From the NCBI RefSeq assembly GCF_000002075.1, contig NW_004797368.1:166485-230484 (forward strand): a stretch of DNA of 64,000 nt, given 5' to 3'. A program made the position numbers and the translations under genes. The first letter of the stretch is position 1, and each line of letters opens with the position of its first letter. The notes beneath the pieces are model-generated. The model was not told where the DNA came from. It was given only the letters and a program-made list of their open reading frames with translations, and made no database searches. The stretch comes from Aplysia californica (Eukaryota). Positions 27,401 to 38,613 of the stretch are shown here, one piece after another.

Positions 27401-28932
27401 CTCTTTTTTCATCATAGTTCCACAGCTGTTACAACATTTAGAAGAAGGAGAAAGAAAGGAAAGAAAAGACAACTTTTGGTATCTTTATTTCTAGGAGTCT
27501 AGAGAGATTTCTTTTATTATAATGGTGGCAAATGTAACCAGATAATAATAGTCTAAAATTACAAACTGAAACCATAACAACAACAACACAGCATTGCTGA
27601 TCATCACATCGCAGTTCCATTGAATTTTTTTTAGAAACTGGGAGGGTTCATGTGCTCAAGGATACACCCCAGTGAAACCCCACCAATGTTCTGTGTTACT
27701 CACACAGTGTAAGCCTGAGCTTATGATTGTACTAAATTCCTAGTTGAGTCGGCTAAGTTCCTGATTTACTTTTATATTTGTCATTTCAAAGATTGCTTAT
27801 TTTGTATGTTCAGCTCTATGAAAGCTATGTGATTTATTTTAGACCTATCTTTTACATGGCTATGGCTTATTTTGTTTGTTCATGTCTTTTTTGTTTTAGT
27901 AGAGGTTTTTCGGTGCTCGCAACTGCAGAAGGTCATATGAGCGCCAGAAGATTAGAGGTGTTACAAGAGAGTAACAAACATAAAAAAGAAGGAGGGAAGA
28001 TAAGGACGATAGATGTTTGATAGGAAAGAAGAAGCAGCAAACCACACCAGAGCACCCGCCAGCCACCCACTTGCTCAGGCCTGTGAAAGCTATGTAATTT
28101 TTGGGGGCCTATCTTTTCCATGGCTATTTGTTGTCTGTTCCCAGCGGAGGATGGCTCAGCATACAAGGCGGAGGAGGAGCGTCACCGGCGTGAAGTGGTC
28201 AACATGTTCCGCTCCGCACCGTTTGAGGAGATTGTTGCACGCTCTGAGGCAAAGGTGAGAGGAGGCTTTAGTGTAGAGAGGTTGGGGGGACTAAATTGTG
28301 GTTGCCAAGTGTGATGGTTTATATTACTATTATTACTTTCATATATTCATCATGGGACGGGAGGGGGGGGGGTGCGACTGAAGGATTATTTGGCAATGTA
28401 GGACTGGTGGACTTGCATAGCTTGCATCATAGATCATAACTTTGTGTAATTACAGTATAACACTGATTCTGAAAGTCTGTGATGGACTAGCTCGAATTTG
28501 TCGGGACCAGCCTCTGTACTTCGAGAGATCCGTAGTTCAAAGCATCTTACAAAGACAAAGAAAAATATAAAATGAGACAGCAGGCACAGTTCGGCGGATG
28601 TGTGATTTCGAATCTCCTGTTTTCGACCTATCCATGTTATACTCTTTTTACTTGCTTCAATTTTGTGGAGTTGAGCAATTTGAGATTATATTATATTACA
28701 TTATTATTATAATATGTGTTGGGAGTTATTTGTAGTTTGTAGGTTGCTTAGGTGTGTGTATGATTCCAAATAGAAATCGATGTGGCATCATTTCCCTGTC
28801 CTCTGTCTTGTGTTTCAGTCGAACCAGTTCCACAGCAAGTTGTCTGAGATCCTGGAAATGGTGTCTGTAGAGAAACTGCCATCTGAGCCTCAGTCGCAGG
28901 ACATGGTTTTCCCCAAACTCTTTGTCTACTGA
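1256..28932 (+). CDS. EFR3: EFR3 homolog (PI4KIIIalpha complex anchor; cmp44E/rbo family), 5' exons lie upstream of the window; 16 coding exons visible
   Basis: Spliced translation gives recognisable EFR3 motifs: GLQGVVRKTISDDLQVNIWEAVHMDKIVPSLLYNMQ, HLDNHNLWVPNDFA..KIIMFSVQ, STGPSVLEVFNNLLRHLRISID, FANNLPDYQKIEIMMFIMGK, ILHTLLDRHGN, EDITVESLKK, APFEEI, C-terminal FPKLFVY*. All visible junctions are GT-AG with consistent phases. Confidence 0.95.
1802..1939 (+). CDS. EFR3: EFR3 exon (YSPSSDADDSPREEEEPSHMAEVVFRDLICRASYGNIKSVLSPVL)
   Basis: tttcag| ... |gtgagg, 138 nt, phase 2-2. Confidence 0.9.
2400..2570 (+). mobile_element. Short repeat family B (GGTGGTTGGAGGGCGCC...gtcgatgtgcttct..tactcaaa(c/t)aaac)
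   Basis: Degenerate copies at ~163-285, 1590-1700, 10322-10440, 12380-12495, 13158-13280, 23698-23835, 24172-24300 (+) and ~41590-41710, 42290-42410, 51640-51760, 55420-55500 (-). Confidence 0.7.
2593..2671 (+). CDS. EFR3: EFR3 exon (HLDNHNLWVPNDFAIRVFKIIMFSVQ)
   Basis: tttcag| ... |gtttgt, 79 nt, phase 2-0. Confidence 0.92.
3619..3883 (+). CDS. EFR3: EFR3 exon (SQHGYLVVQQLL...EEVVVNTI)
   Basis: ccacag| ... |gtgagt, 265 nt, phase 0-1; matches ORF 3604..3891. Confidence 0.93.
4537..4633 (+). CDS. EFR3: EFR3 exon (EFANNLPDYQKIEIMMFIMGKFPQFTNEEEI)
   Basis: tccaag| ... |gtgagt, 97 nt, phase 1-2. Confidence 0.92.
5824..6187 (+). mobile_element. tRNA-derived SINE with CORE-like central domain and L2-like 3' tail
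   Basis: A box TGGCCTAGTGGTT; B box GGTTCGAATCCC (5881); CORE-like TGTGTCCTTGGGAAAGGCACTTTAC; tail tgtaaagcgcatagagc...gcgctatatgaatgc + (ATT)n. Confidence 0.85.
7465..7513 (+). CDS. EFR3: EFR3 exon (KLDKQLSVNLLRTLLK)
   Basis: ctgtag| ... |gtaact, 49 nt, phase 2-0. Confidence 0.85.
7863..8299. mobile_element. MITE with TGTGAGGC..GTGGTGGAATCAGGC terminal inverted repeats
   Basis: TIR pair at both ends; related copies at 31013-31446, ~45541-45890, ~53750-54145 and a disrupted copy at ~31848-33415. Confidence 0.8.
8582..8699. repeat. Perfect 46-bp inverted repeat with 26-nt loop
   Basis: 8582-8627 is the exact reverse complement of 8654-8699. Confidence 0.95.
8930..9885. repeat. (CA)n-rich compound microsatellite/minisatellite flanking an assembly gap
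   Basis: CA runs interleaved with TTAGTCACTGCACTGACCA units. Other microsatellites: (AG)n 1-46, (CT)n ~1961-2011 and ~10346-10387, (CA)n ~14185-14265, (TG)n/(AG)n ~21780-22030, (TG)n ~24410-24485 and ~30298-30343. Confidence 0.9.
9935..10107 (+). CDS. EFR3: EFR3 exon (VATKYKTVHLSQAFPPEFLHPLL...LLDRHGNSQKLRQI)
   Basis: caccag| ... |gtgagt, 173 nt, phase 0-2. Confidence 0.92.
10518..10593 (+). CDS. EFR3: EFR3 exon (IPKDIGSLHLSIKMDSRLDLLFMKK)
   Basis: acacag| ... |gtcagt, 76 nt, phase 2-0. Confidence 0.9.
11430..11591 (+). CDS. EFR3: EFR3 exon (SGMQLYWHILENL...ELLRLALDIQ)
   Basis: ccccag| ... |gtgagg, 162 nt, phase 0-0. Confidence 0.92.
12509..12626 (+). CDS. EFR3: EFR3 exon, 3' end lost in assembly gap (QMALNNSGLPRTHLCAIHSLVAAFLNLLAQV...)
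   Basis: ctacag| acceptor, phase 0; runs into the N gap at 12627. Confidence 0.85.
13281..13460 (+). mobile_element. ~175-bp short retroposon family A (GGGTGGTTGGCGGGTGCTCTGG...GGCGCTC hairpin...AAAACT tail)
   Basis: Near-identical copies at ~11627-11808(-), 19641-21483 (array), 27891-28070(-), 41170-41585(-). Confidence 0.8.
14070..14146 (+). CDS. EFR3: EFR3 exon (VLENRELEGKHLLPDFAFNRSNRPH)
   Basis: acacag| ... |gtgggt, 77 nt, phase 0-2. Confidence 0.87.
19641..21483 (+). mobile_element. Head-to-tail cluster of ~8 full or partial family A copies
   Basis: Repeated starts GG(G)TGGTTGGCGGGTGCTCTGG at ~19641, 19778, 19965, 20507, 20690, 21125, 21209. Confidence 0.8.
23376..23568. mobile_element. 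Tc1/mariner-pogo-type MITE, TA TSD
   Basis: ta|CAGTGCAGCCTCTCTACAATGAC ... GTCGTTATGGAGAGGCTGCAATG|ta. Confidence 0.75.
24564..24694 (+). CDS. EFR3: EFR3 exon (YPKNFEVKEAWLFHQERMADCVRSAGLDVTRLSTPFSARPNLG)
   Basis: ctacag| ... |gtactg, 131 nt, phase 2-1. Confidence 0.87.
24727..25330 (+). repeat. Minisatellite, ~37-39 bp unit (ATCTGTATTTCTCCCATAAATCTCTTTGTTGCTCTCTC), ~16 copies
   Basis: Directly visible tandem units. Confidence 0.95.
26503..26594 (+). CDS. EFR3: EFR3 exon (GSGEGSMTVSDVASINIDFETAVDGSPRIL)
   Basis: catcag| ... |gtcagt, 92 nt, phase 1-0. Confidence 0.82.
27162..27207 (+). CDS. EFR3: EFR3 exon (KRGEDITVESLKKML)
   Basis: cttcag| ... |gtgagc, 46 nt, phase 0-1. Confidence 0.88.
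28145..28254 (+). CDS. EFR3: EFR3 exon (EDGSAYKAEEERHRREVVNMFRSAPFEEIVARSEAK)
   Basis: tcccag| ... |gtgaga, 110 nt, phase 1-0. Confidence 0.9.
28819..28932 (+). CDS. EFR3: EFR3 last coding exon (SNQFHSKLSEILEMV...DMVFPKLFVY*)
   Basis: tttcag| acceptor, TGA at 28930-28932; C-terminus resembles the conserved FPxLxVY end. Confidence 0.9.
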   Translation, partial: SNQFHSKLSEILEMVSVEKLPSEPQSQDMVFPKLFVY

Positions 28933-29288
28933 GGTGTGTGAGATGCAATACAAGGATCAGGCCTACTCCTCCAATACCTGCTTGAGTACATGTGCTGCCA
29001 GCTGCAAGGGGAGGAAAATGTCTGTCGCTTCTGTGCATTTATGCTAGACCACTGGCTATGATTGTAGCACATGCTCAATGTTTTGGTTGTGTAATGGGGG
29101 CAAGAGGGGGTATGAGAAAAGTTGTATCATCTGAGATCTGTTACAAGTAATATAAGTTGAGCTTGTCATGCTCTGGGAGAACAAGATGTGCTGCAGCTGT
29201 GCTGTCTATACCTGGCCCGATGGAGATTCGACTGCATAAAATAACTTTACTGCGAGTTGAGGCTGGCACTTTGACAAATACTCACATA

Positions 29289-29432
29289 CAGTGGAACCTG
29301 CCCAAGATGACCACCCATTGTCAAGGAGAAAAGTGATCATTTTTAGACAGGTGATCCTCTTGGGGGAGTGGGAAGTGATCGTTTATACAGCTAGTTTTCT
29401 TGGACATATGGTTCTTAGAGCAGATTCGACTG
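29289..29432. mobile_element. Short Tc1/mariner-type MITE downstream of the EFR3 stop
   Basis: ta|CAGTGGAACCTGCCCAAGA ... TCTTAGAGCAGATTCGACTG|ta. Confidence 0.6.
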
Positions 29433-30295
29433 TATTATTATAATACAAAAGGATAGTAGGTGGGGGCTTTGGTGTGCTCTGCTACTGTTTTACATGTTAT
29501 GTCGTCCAGAGTCTACAAACTTGGGGTGTTCTCAAGGGGGTTACCATTCCCTACTATGCAGGAGTTGGACTGCAATGTCCCACCTCCAGTGTTGTCTGCC
29601 TCACAGATTTCTGCAGAGGACATACACATTGGAGTCTGTTGGGAGGCAGCAAAAGGAAGGTTAATGAAGTATTATGAAGTGAGTGGTAGAAGAGGGAGAC
29701 ACTGTCCTTGTCTGTGGCCAAAGTGTGGGGTGGGTCATCTGTGGTGAGTGTGACCCACATTTTCAAACAGGGTGTGTTCTTTTGACATACAGATGATACA
29801 GTACTCACATCTCGAGCCCTCTATTGCCACTTAGTACTTAGAATATTTAGATCTTAACTTGCAATACAGTTTGTTTTGTTCCTGACTTTTTGCCCTGCTA
29901 CTTTTGTTTGTTACTTATTGTTAATTTCATTCACACTGTACTTGCTTACCCAAAGACCTACTCATCTAGAATGCATCAGCAGACAGGCTCTGGTTAATGT
30001 TTTCAGCTTTGTTTTAATGTTTTTGTTTATTTTCTGGAAGTCTGTGATGGACTAGCTTTTTTATATGTTCCATTCTCATTCGGTCTTACTCTTAAAATAA
30101 TTTATTTTATGGTGAGCCTCAAGGATGAAAGTTAATAATAAGTAGACTACTTTTGTGTGTGGTGTACAAGTATATTTATTATGACAAATACTGTCGCCCC
30201 TGTGGCAAACGATGATGCAATGTTCACCTGCCATCGCAACAAGCACCCCAGCCAACACAAGCAATCAATTCTTGGACTGTGGGAGAGTGAGATGA

Positions 30296-30346
<51 letters not shown>

Positions 30347-30533
30347 CTGTACATAATCTGGAAGGTGTGTAATAATAATAATAGTAATGTGAGAAGCATA
30401 CTCATACTCAATAAATATGTTCTATATATTGCTTAGCCAGTTTTATAAGTTGAATATTGCATTTTCATGGTAATCATTTTCATAAAGTATGATAAAGGTT
30501 ATGTGAAGGGTAGCAGAACTGGTAGGCCTACTA

Positions 30534-31719
30534 CAGTCAAACATCGTTATAGCGCCAGCCCCGTTTACCACCAGGTTTTGCCAGTGTACAAACATGAACA
30601 TCTATAGTATTATGAAAAAAACAGTATTTGCGCCTTTAAACTGCCTTCCGCCAGCAGTGTAAGTTGTACGGTCCTTATTATAGTAATGTAAATTTGCCTT
30701 ACTGTAGGCTCCTGTCGGCCAATTGGCTGTTCGGATGTTCAAAATATAAACTGCACTCAGCAGCTGCTTAATATTTTTATTTTAAAAAAGAATGGAGTGA
30801 AATTTTAAAGCCTCATGTAGTAGAAGCTTCAAAACAATTGCCAGATATCAGCCTGATAACCAAGAGGCGGGTGCCCATGAGGCTTTTGGCTTTTATTGTG
30901 AGGACTCGTGCTCAAACATGACATGACAGGTCTACGAAGACGGCCAGAGGACTAACGAGAATCGGGTAAAAAACCTGCGAGTCTTAAAGGGTCCTTAGCA
31001 CATAATATTATATGTGAGACAGTGTGGTGGAATCAGGCTCTCGTCAGTTTTTGGACATATTGAGTTATTGGTATCATCTTAAAGCATGATCATTTGTCTT
31101 GCTTTCAATGAAATAATTACCCATTCGTCTTCAATAGAAGTGGAGATATTTTGGATTGAAAGAGGTGGGGGTCACCTGGTTTAAGAGGTAAAATTAGCGA
31201 GAAAGTGGCCGCCAAAGCTTGGTAAATTTCAAAGCTGGAGAGTCCATGGAATCTGTAAATTTATATTTTTGTGCTTTTAATCAACGTTTTCGGTGAAATC
31301 CTCAAAGGAATGTGTTTGTAAATGGACATAAAAAGTGTTGAGAGAAAAACAAAAATTTGATAAAGATTGCTATGCAGGGAGAAAACTGCTGTTTTCTTCG
31401 ATTTCATTATTTTGACGAGAGCCTGATTCCACCACGCTGCCTCACATATATAGCCTAGCTTCTTTCAATAAAGATTATGTAAAGTTTAGCTGCAGCTGTA
31501 CTTGTAACTTGTTTCTACATAATTATGTTTTTTGCCTGGGCATGGCAATCGCACAACACAGAGATCTAGAGGCGGCAAGACTGGCCACAGTACGTTTTTC
31601 TCTAGTCTTTATCAGTATATCACTAGTCAAGATAGCGATCGGTGCCGTCCCATTATATTTATGGCCAACCACCAACTTTATGCCTGTCCCATTGTAGGCA
31701 GTATAACGAAGTTTGACTG
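30534..31719. mobile_element. Tc1/mariner-pogo-type nonautonomous element containing a nested MITE (31013-31446)
   Basis: ta|CAGTCAAACATCGTTATAGCGCC ... GGCAGTATAACGAAGTTTGACTG|ta. Confidence 0.78.
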
Positions 31720-32289
31720 TACCAGATGCTGAAAAGTGTGAAGATGGGAATGTTAAGTTATGGTTTCTCCCTATTTTATACTAATTTTAGGGGGAACCTA
31801 AATGGTGGCAGGAGGGAGTTTGGGAGGGATTGATAAATATGTCCATGATGTGGTGGAATCAGGCATTCATCTATTTTTGGGTATTAGTATTATATTGTCG
31901 CTGTCGCAAACAATCCACTCAAGTCAAAATTTGGAGAATTTTAAAATTATTACTAAATATTATTCCCTCCCAAAGCTATATCAAACACGCCTCTTTCAGC
32001 ATCACCAAAATGCAGTTTATTATTATTTTCAAGGCTTACGAATTCCTTGCTTTTCTGACTTTTCATGATTCCTAATAGGATCAACACAAAAACTAGTTTT
32101 TTGTCTCTGATGTAAAAAGTACCCAAATGGACATACAAAGTAAATGGATTGCTTGCGACGCTGGCAATTTGGAGTTATTGTAATAATCTTAAACTTAAAC
32201 TTAAAGTAAATTTAAGTTAAAGCCTGTTCAGTTGTCCCTCTTTTGATGAAAAAATACCCATAGATATATCTTGAATAGAACTTGAGATA

Positions 32290-33110
32290 CAGTGGAATCC
32301 TGTTATAATGAGAGGGAGGGGACTGGCGGGAAATACCCGTTATAGCGGGATTCTTGTTCTAAGGGATCCAACAATAATGAAATGTTAAAGTAGGCCTAAT
32401 CTATGAGTTTGATGTTTTATTTATTTCTTTTAGATTTTGTTATCTCCCTGATGATTTTGTTCAACATGACCTCTAGACTTGATCAAAAATAGAATCAGGT
32501 TTCTTTCTCTGGCGCTAGCGATGTTGAAAGCTTGGCGTTGGCGATCAGAAAGAAAGGGCTCTAAGCTTACTCGCCCGCTGTGTTGTCCCCCACCCCACCA
32601 CACCCTGTGGTGCGTTCCATCTGCTCACGCACATTGGGTACTCACCACACCCTTCCCACATCACACATTCGCTCCATCCATCACAGCATTGTGACCTCTC
32701 TATCCCTGCATTGGAGAAGTGAGAGGCGTGGTAGGCCTAGATAATCTAGACTAGGCTGGCCTATCACGCTACGCATACTGCTTGTCTGCACATGCCACAC
32801 CCTCCCCACTTATTAGCTCCGGCCTTCATTGTAGGCACACGTGAGCTCTCCCATTCTTTGTTTCGCTAGATCATCTTGTTTCTCAACTGTCGGGGTTTTA
32901 ATGCATAATTGGCCTATGCACTGTGCACAGCAGCAGCAAATTCAACTATAACCGACTCGCGTGTTTGTCTGATTGCGCTATAGCAGCAGTCCTTTATTTA
33001 CAAAGATAAAGAAGGGAAAAAAACGGGGTTTTAGAATAGTGTCTTTGTTAACTTTGTAACAGTAACAGACTTCTCGTTATAACTTATTTCAGGACTCGTG
33101 GACTCCACTG
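32290..33110. mobile_element. ~820-bp Tc1/mariner-pogo-type nonautonomous element, copy 1
   Basis: ta|CAGTGGAATCC ... GGACTCCACTG|ta; full-length homolog at 40301-41126. Confidence 0.82.
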
Positions 33111-36100
33111 TATTATATTTTCCACTGAAAGAGATGGGGGTTCGCTTGAGTGTCAGGGGTAAAAAATAAGCGAAAAAATGACTGCCAGAGTTTGGTGAAT
33201 TTCAAAGCTGGAAACTGCAACCTTTACATTTTTTGTGCCGTTGATCAACAGTTTTCAGCAAAATTCATGGAGGAATGTTATTTTAAATAGACATAAAAGG
33301 TGTTAAGCCCTAAACAATTTGACTCAATTTGAGAAATTTGGATAAAAATAACCTTACAGACAGAAAAAATTTGGTTTGATTTCATGATGAGGAAAGCCTG
33401 ATTTCACCAGCCACACAAGACTGATTGTTAAAATGAGTAAAGATGCACTTCCTTCTGCTTATACACATGTCTTTTGCTTCGACTCCCATCCTGTCCTGTC
33501 GCAACCTCCAACAAGCCAGCACAAAGGGAGTGGGTGGTCTCGAGTGTTGCAGTTCTTTGTGTGCACTACTGTATGAGACATGGTGAACTGGAATTCTGAA
33601 TTTACGTTTATAGTGATCTCTTAATGTCTTTTGCTTACCTGGTATACCATAAAGGAGTCTACTTTCCTCATAAATATTCCTTAAAGTAATGGGCAAAACT
33701 TTTCTCTGAGACGTATATTGTCTGGGATATCTATGCTTTCTTTAGTCTAAAGCCGTTTCCGGATTTGTAATTTTCAGAGTTTATCACTGCCTGGTACTAA
33801 GTCTGTCCTATGTCAAGATTCCACAATTTTCCCAATGATCGGAAGAACGAAGAGAGTTCTCTGATATTGTAATACTGATTCTTGTACCTAAAATTTGAAA
33901 AATGACCATGAACTGATGGTTAAAGTGAAACGACGGAAAAACAAATTTAGGAAATTGTGAGGCCATTCTTATATTAAACAAGTTTGTCAGTGTCAGTATG
34001 ATCATACAACTAAGTACAAGTCTGAGCACTGAGTACCTATGTCAGTAATGTCACTGTGTAGTTGGCTAGATCACGGCTTCCATGACCTGCCCACACCAAA
34101 GACTAATTAGTAAAAGTAAGCTCCCTCATTTGACTTCAAGTTCATATTTTCACAATGTGATATATATGTATGTATACATTATTAGCACTCCCATGTACAG
34201 ATGCTTCATCATGAATACACACAATGTTATCTGATCTCTCGTCTGTTGGAATTTTTATTCTTGTGTCGTTTGGATAATTATTAGTTGTTTGATCTCCAAC
34301 TGCTGTAAGCTGACAAAAACGCTTTTTTTTTTTTTCATTTTGGCGCAAAAAAATGTATTTTTGCTAAATCGAAAGCCTGATCAGTTACACTACTTGTGGG
34401 AACAAATCAAAGTAAAACTGTGACTAGTTTTTTAAATAAATTAGAATTCAAATTTTGGAATAACATTATTTTTTAATGGTTAATACGTTGACAAACGAAA
34501 CGCAGAATTTTTCAAAAAATTACTGCGAACAAAAGATTAAAAAGATGTTTTGTCAGTTTACAGCAGATTTGTGGTGAGTACAGTTTGTAAGATTTGTGGT
34601 CAATACGATTTTGTTGTGTATTTGACTGTGTACTTGTTATAACAAATAATAGTACATGTAATAATATAATTAAGAAAAAACGTGGGACCTGAAAATCTGT
34701 TTTCTATTTGCCTTGCGTGCCAGACTATATAGGCCTACTATATAAATCAAGTGCTATTAATAACTTGAAAACATCTAGCGGCAATAAAGGAGTTGATCTT
34801 GTGAAATGGCGCATTTCAAACTGGATCTTTATGTCCATTAGTATTAGATGTTTCCATGGATGATAAAAATCTGTCACAACGTTGTGAAAAATTAGTTCCA
34901 CTAAAACTAAAACCTTGATTGGCCATGACAATCACAGCTGGAACAGCCAACCTCCAAAACGATTGAGATTGTCAGAGGTGTAATATTACGTACACTAGTG
35001 TATATACCTGCAGTGCATCTGATTTGATAGTCTAGATTGCAAAGTCGTTTAAGTAGCTACGGCTATCATCGGCTATGTTATATTTAATTCCAAGGTTTCA
35101 TGAACTTTCATGACCTATTTTTAGCACATTTTACTTCAGAAAGCACACATTTGTGCAGTGAAACAAGCTTTCTAAAAGCTACTCACTGGCAGCCGTACTT
35201 GCAACATGTGATCTATGCCAGGCACTGATTACTGGTAGCACTGCCACTGTGCAAGAACTAAAACTAGTAAAACTGTGCAGCAGATGCAACAATGGCTAAA
35301 AATTTAAAAAACAAACATTTTGATTTCCATGGAATATTTTTAAACCAATAACCATCTGCATTTAAAATAATGAACTGATACTCTTTTTTAGACTACCTAA
35401 GCAGTCAATAACAAAAAACATTGAAAATAGCTGACTGTAATTAGACCTCTTGAGAGCTGCAAAGTAATACTAATACTAAAGGGTGACCTTATTTAGGCCA
35501 AATATGGCCTAAATATAAGCGTAACTTAAACCCCCTCCTTAACCTTATTTAGAGGGGGGGTACTGACAGTGATGGAAATCCATAGTCACATTGAAACCAA
35601 AGGTCCGCTTCCGTGTGTGTACAGACTGGGGTCATAGAATTCATTCCAAATCACAACATGGAGTGCTTTTTCCCCTGGCGCAAACTGAGGTCACAAGACT
35701 AGTCTATTTTTGTGTTCGAAAAAATTGGCCTGGCTGAACTCACCCCACAATATGTGACTTGATGTAATAATACTTGGAAGAAATTTTATGGCCATCTTAA
35801 AGCCAACTAAACAGACTCCAATCAACTCCTTTCAACAGTAGGACGTAGGACTTGGACTGAACACTAGAAGGTGGGATCTAATAAACAGTTAAACTGGTCC
35901 TTCCGTGTGATGGGAGGATGTGAATCCTTGGTCTGAAAGCATAGTAGTAGGAAACTGCCGGAGCCAATCCTAGTACTGTGGATTCAACAAAGTAGTCAGG
36001 CCTGCCTGACCTTCAATTTAATTGAATCCGAGAGTTCGAAGTTACAGCAAACATGAGGCATAGATGATAGAGCAAGCAATTTCGTAATCAAAATTATTTT

Positions 36101-36519
36101 GGTTTTTTTGATGAGAGGCATTTTCGTTTCTTTTAATCCATACAGAAGAAAAGCTGGAAAATTCTAGGAAAATACTCTGAAAATCTATCATCTAATCGCA
36201 GAAGTTATGTTGCAGTGTAGAGCCTAGCATATGGCAATGTTTGATTCCGCAGTCCAGTGCGCACTTCTGTTAGGTAGGTGTATGTCAACATTAGCTTATC
36301 ATTGTAATATTGATCAATAGCCAGGGGGAACAAAATAACTGACGTATTTGTATACATCTCTGTTGACGTTCCACATACGGACAGCTTGTGCCCCACCCCA
36401 CCCCCAGACACACGTACTACACTACGTGACAGTCACATGTGTGCTGGCCACTCGTTCGACGCACACACGCGCTAAGACGAGACGTGTGCATGCAAACAAC
36501 GTGTATGTCATGCTCATAA

Positions 36520-36800
36520 CTGCGCCTGAACTACACTACAACAGGGAACTGCTGCCTTTTCTTTCCTAATCCCTTCTATCATATTTTCCTCTACTTCTTT
36601 TGTATGTTTATCACTCTTGTGACCCGCTATTTCCGGGGTGCCTTGATAGTCAAAACTGACTTTGTGCTGATGAAGCTAGAGAGGTGAGCAGAGTAAGTCT
36701 GATTCCTTGTAAGGACTTCTCTGTTGACATCCACCCCATGGCGCTCATATGACCGTATGCAATTGCGAGCGCCGTAAAACCTCTACTAAAACTAAAAACT
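36520..36800 (+). mobile_element. Short retroposon family C, different body but the same 3' hairpin tail as family A
   Basis: Ends GGCGCTCATATGACCGTATGCAATTGCGAGCGCCGTAAAACCTCTACTAAAAC; further copies at ~41912-42168(-) and ~46098-46380(-). Confidence 0.75.
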
Positions 36801-36879
36801 AAACAACAACACGTGTGTTCGTATGAAAGAAGGCCGGTGATTGGTCGCATAAGATATAAACAATAGGCTAAGCTAAGCC

Positions 36880-38299
36880 CAGGGTCCCCACCAAATCCTG
36901 GATGATTTTTTCAAGACCCCCAATTTTTTTTCAGGACCCGAATTCAAGGGAAAAATTAGGGCGCTGCGCGTCAAGAATGATCCCCCAAAAAGCCAATCTA
37001 TCAATGATAAAAAGTCAAAATGTCTTTAAATGAATGCAAATGTATATTTTGTAGTAAAGTCTTCAAACAATAGATGACTATAATACTGGGTGACTGCCAA
37101 GCCAGCTTCTCAATTTTCCAAGGGAGGGGCCTCATCCATATTCCAGGAACACGTTACCTAACAATGAAAGCGCGTGCTCCATTATCTAATATAATACATG
37201 TATATGTTTGTGAATACACACACACACACACATGTAGGTACATTATATCCAGTCAACAACATGTCAGTGTGGCACTGGGATCTTGAGAGACTTTGGTATT
37301 TCAGTCTGTTCTTACTTATTTATATTTTCCCCTCATCATATTAGCCTATATATAAAAAATGAATCCTGTTTTGAGCCTGAGAAAAGACCTAGAACTAGAA
37401 TATCGACTGTCAATAACCAGTCCGGGTGTCATGATTCATATAATAAACGTGAAGGAAAACCATTGCTGCAACTCAAAGTAGAGTAATATTAGTAATAACT
37501 AGAATGGCTCAAGTACACCTATTCAGTGTGAGAGGTGTAAGAACTGGGGGAGGGGGCAAGATGCAGTGACACTGAAAATCTGCCAATCTTGAACAGAAAG
37601 CTAAAATATAGATATATAAATTACAATCACCCATCCAATGAAACGCGAACACTTAAGTTCAATAACAAGGCATGACGGATCCCGATTCCACACAAGGCCT
37701 GCACCAACGCGCGCTTTGCCGAGAGCTCTAAAGCAGTTATCAAAATGCTAAAAATTTGCTTCAAAGTTCAGTTTTTGTCCTCTAGCGTGGCCTTCAGCCC
37801 CCCAATCCCCTTCCACGAGTGTATCGTATAATTTAAAGGAGTCCTTACTTCACAGCGCTCAGACCGCCGGTACTCACAGGTTCATTGATAGGTCACGAGG
37901 GCGAACCTGACAAGACGCTTGTATAAGTTCTTTTTCTTTTTTTTCCCCCACAAGCGACAGCAGAGGGCAATTTTTAATTTTTAACAGCGTTAATAATGCA
38001 CGACCTGCATGCTGCAAATGTTGCGTTATCTATCAGACTATTACTATTACAGGAAAATTTCTGGGTGGTAACGAAAGCGAAAATAGATCTTGATTCTTCC
38101 CGATCGAGCCTCGGTGTCACAAACACACTTCCGCTACAGCGGTTCAATTACGTTTCCTCTTCAGGATTCATCAACCATACAGTCTAGATAGCTACACATT
38201 ACACAGGCCCTATCCTTTCCCGACCCATCACAAAATTCCCGACTTTTTCCCGACCCATCTAAAAATTCCCGACTTTTCCCCAACCTGGTGGGGACCCTG
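36880..38299. mobile_element. Nonautonomous DNA transposon (hAT-like CAGGG termini), 14-bp perfect TIR, 6-bp TSD TAAGCC
   Basis: taagcc|CAGGGTCCCCACCA ... TGGTGGGGACCCTG|taagcc. Confidence 0.88.
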
Positions 38300-38607
38300 T
38301 AAGCCAATAATGGTTCACGATGCAGATGCCAAGGATTAAATGATTGACTTTTTCCAGGAATAGATCTAGTTAAGGTTTGTTGCTGGCGGAAAATGAGCGA
38401 CGCCTAGTCAGCACGGACTTCACTCTGCAAGCGACTTCATTGAATACAAGCTTGCCCATTATGAGTTTGTTGAATCAGGGTTATTTCTACTGATTTTAAT
38501 AAATATGGAAACAAAAAACAAAAAACTCCTTTTGTTGAATCTGAGTTCCCCTGTACAAGTACAAATCTACAGACGAAAAAAACACCAGAAAATAGTGCCC
38601 ACAAAAA

Positions 38608-38613
38608 TTTATT
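38608..38613 (-). terminator. Candidate ODC polyadenylation signal AATAAA (3' UTR about 1.45 kb)
   Basis: Minus strand: AATAAA followed by ttttt-gtgggcactattttctggtgttttttt, a GU/U-rich downstream element. Confidence 0.5.

Noticed and set aside
28930-28940. Stop-codon readthrough at the EFR3 or ODC stop
   Set aside because: The contexts (TGA-GGT, TAG-AGT) do not match readthrough motifs such as TGA-CTAG, and EFR3 ends at its conserved C-terminus.
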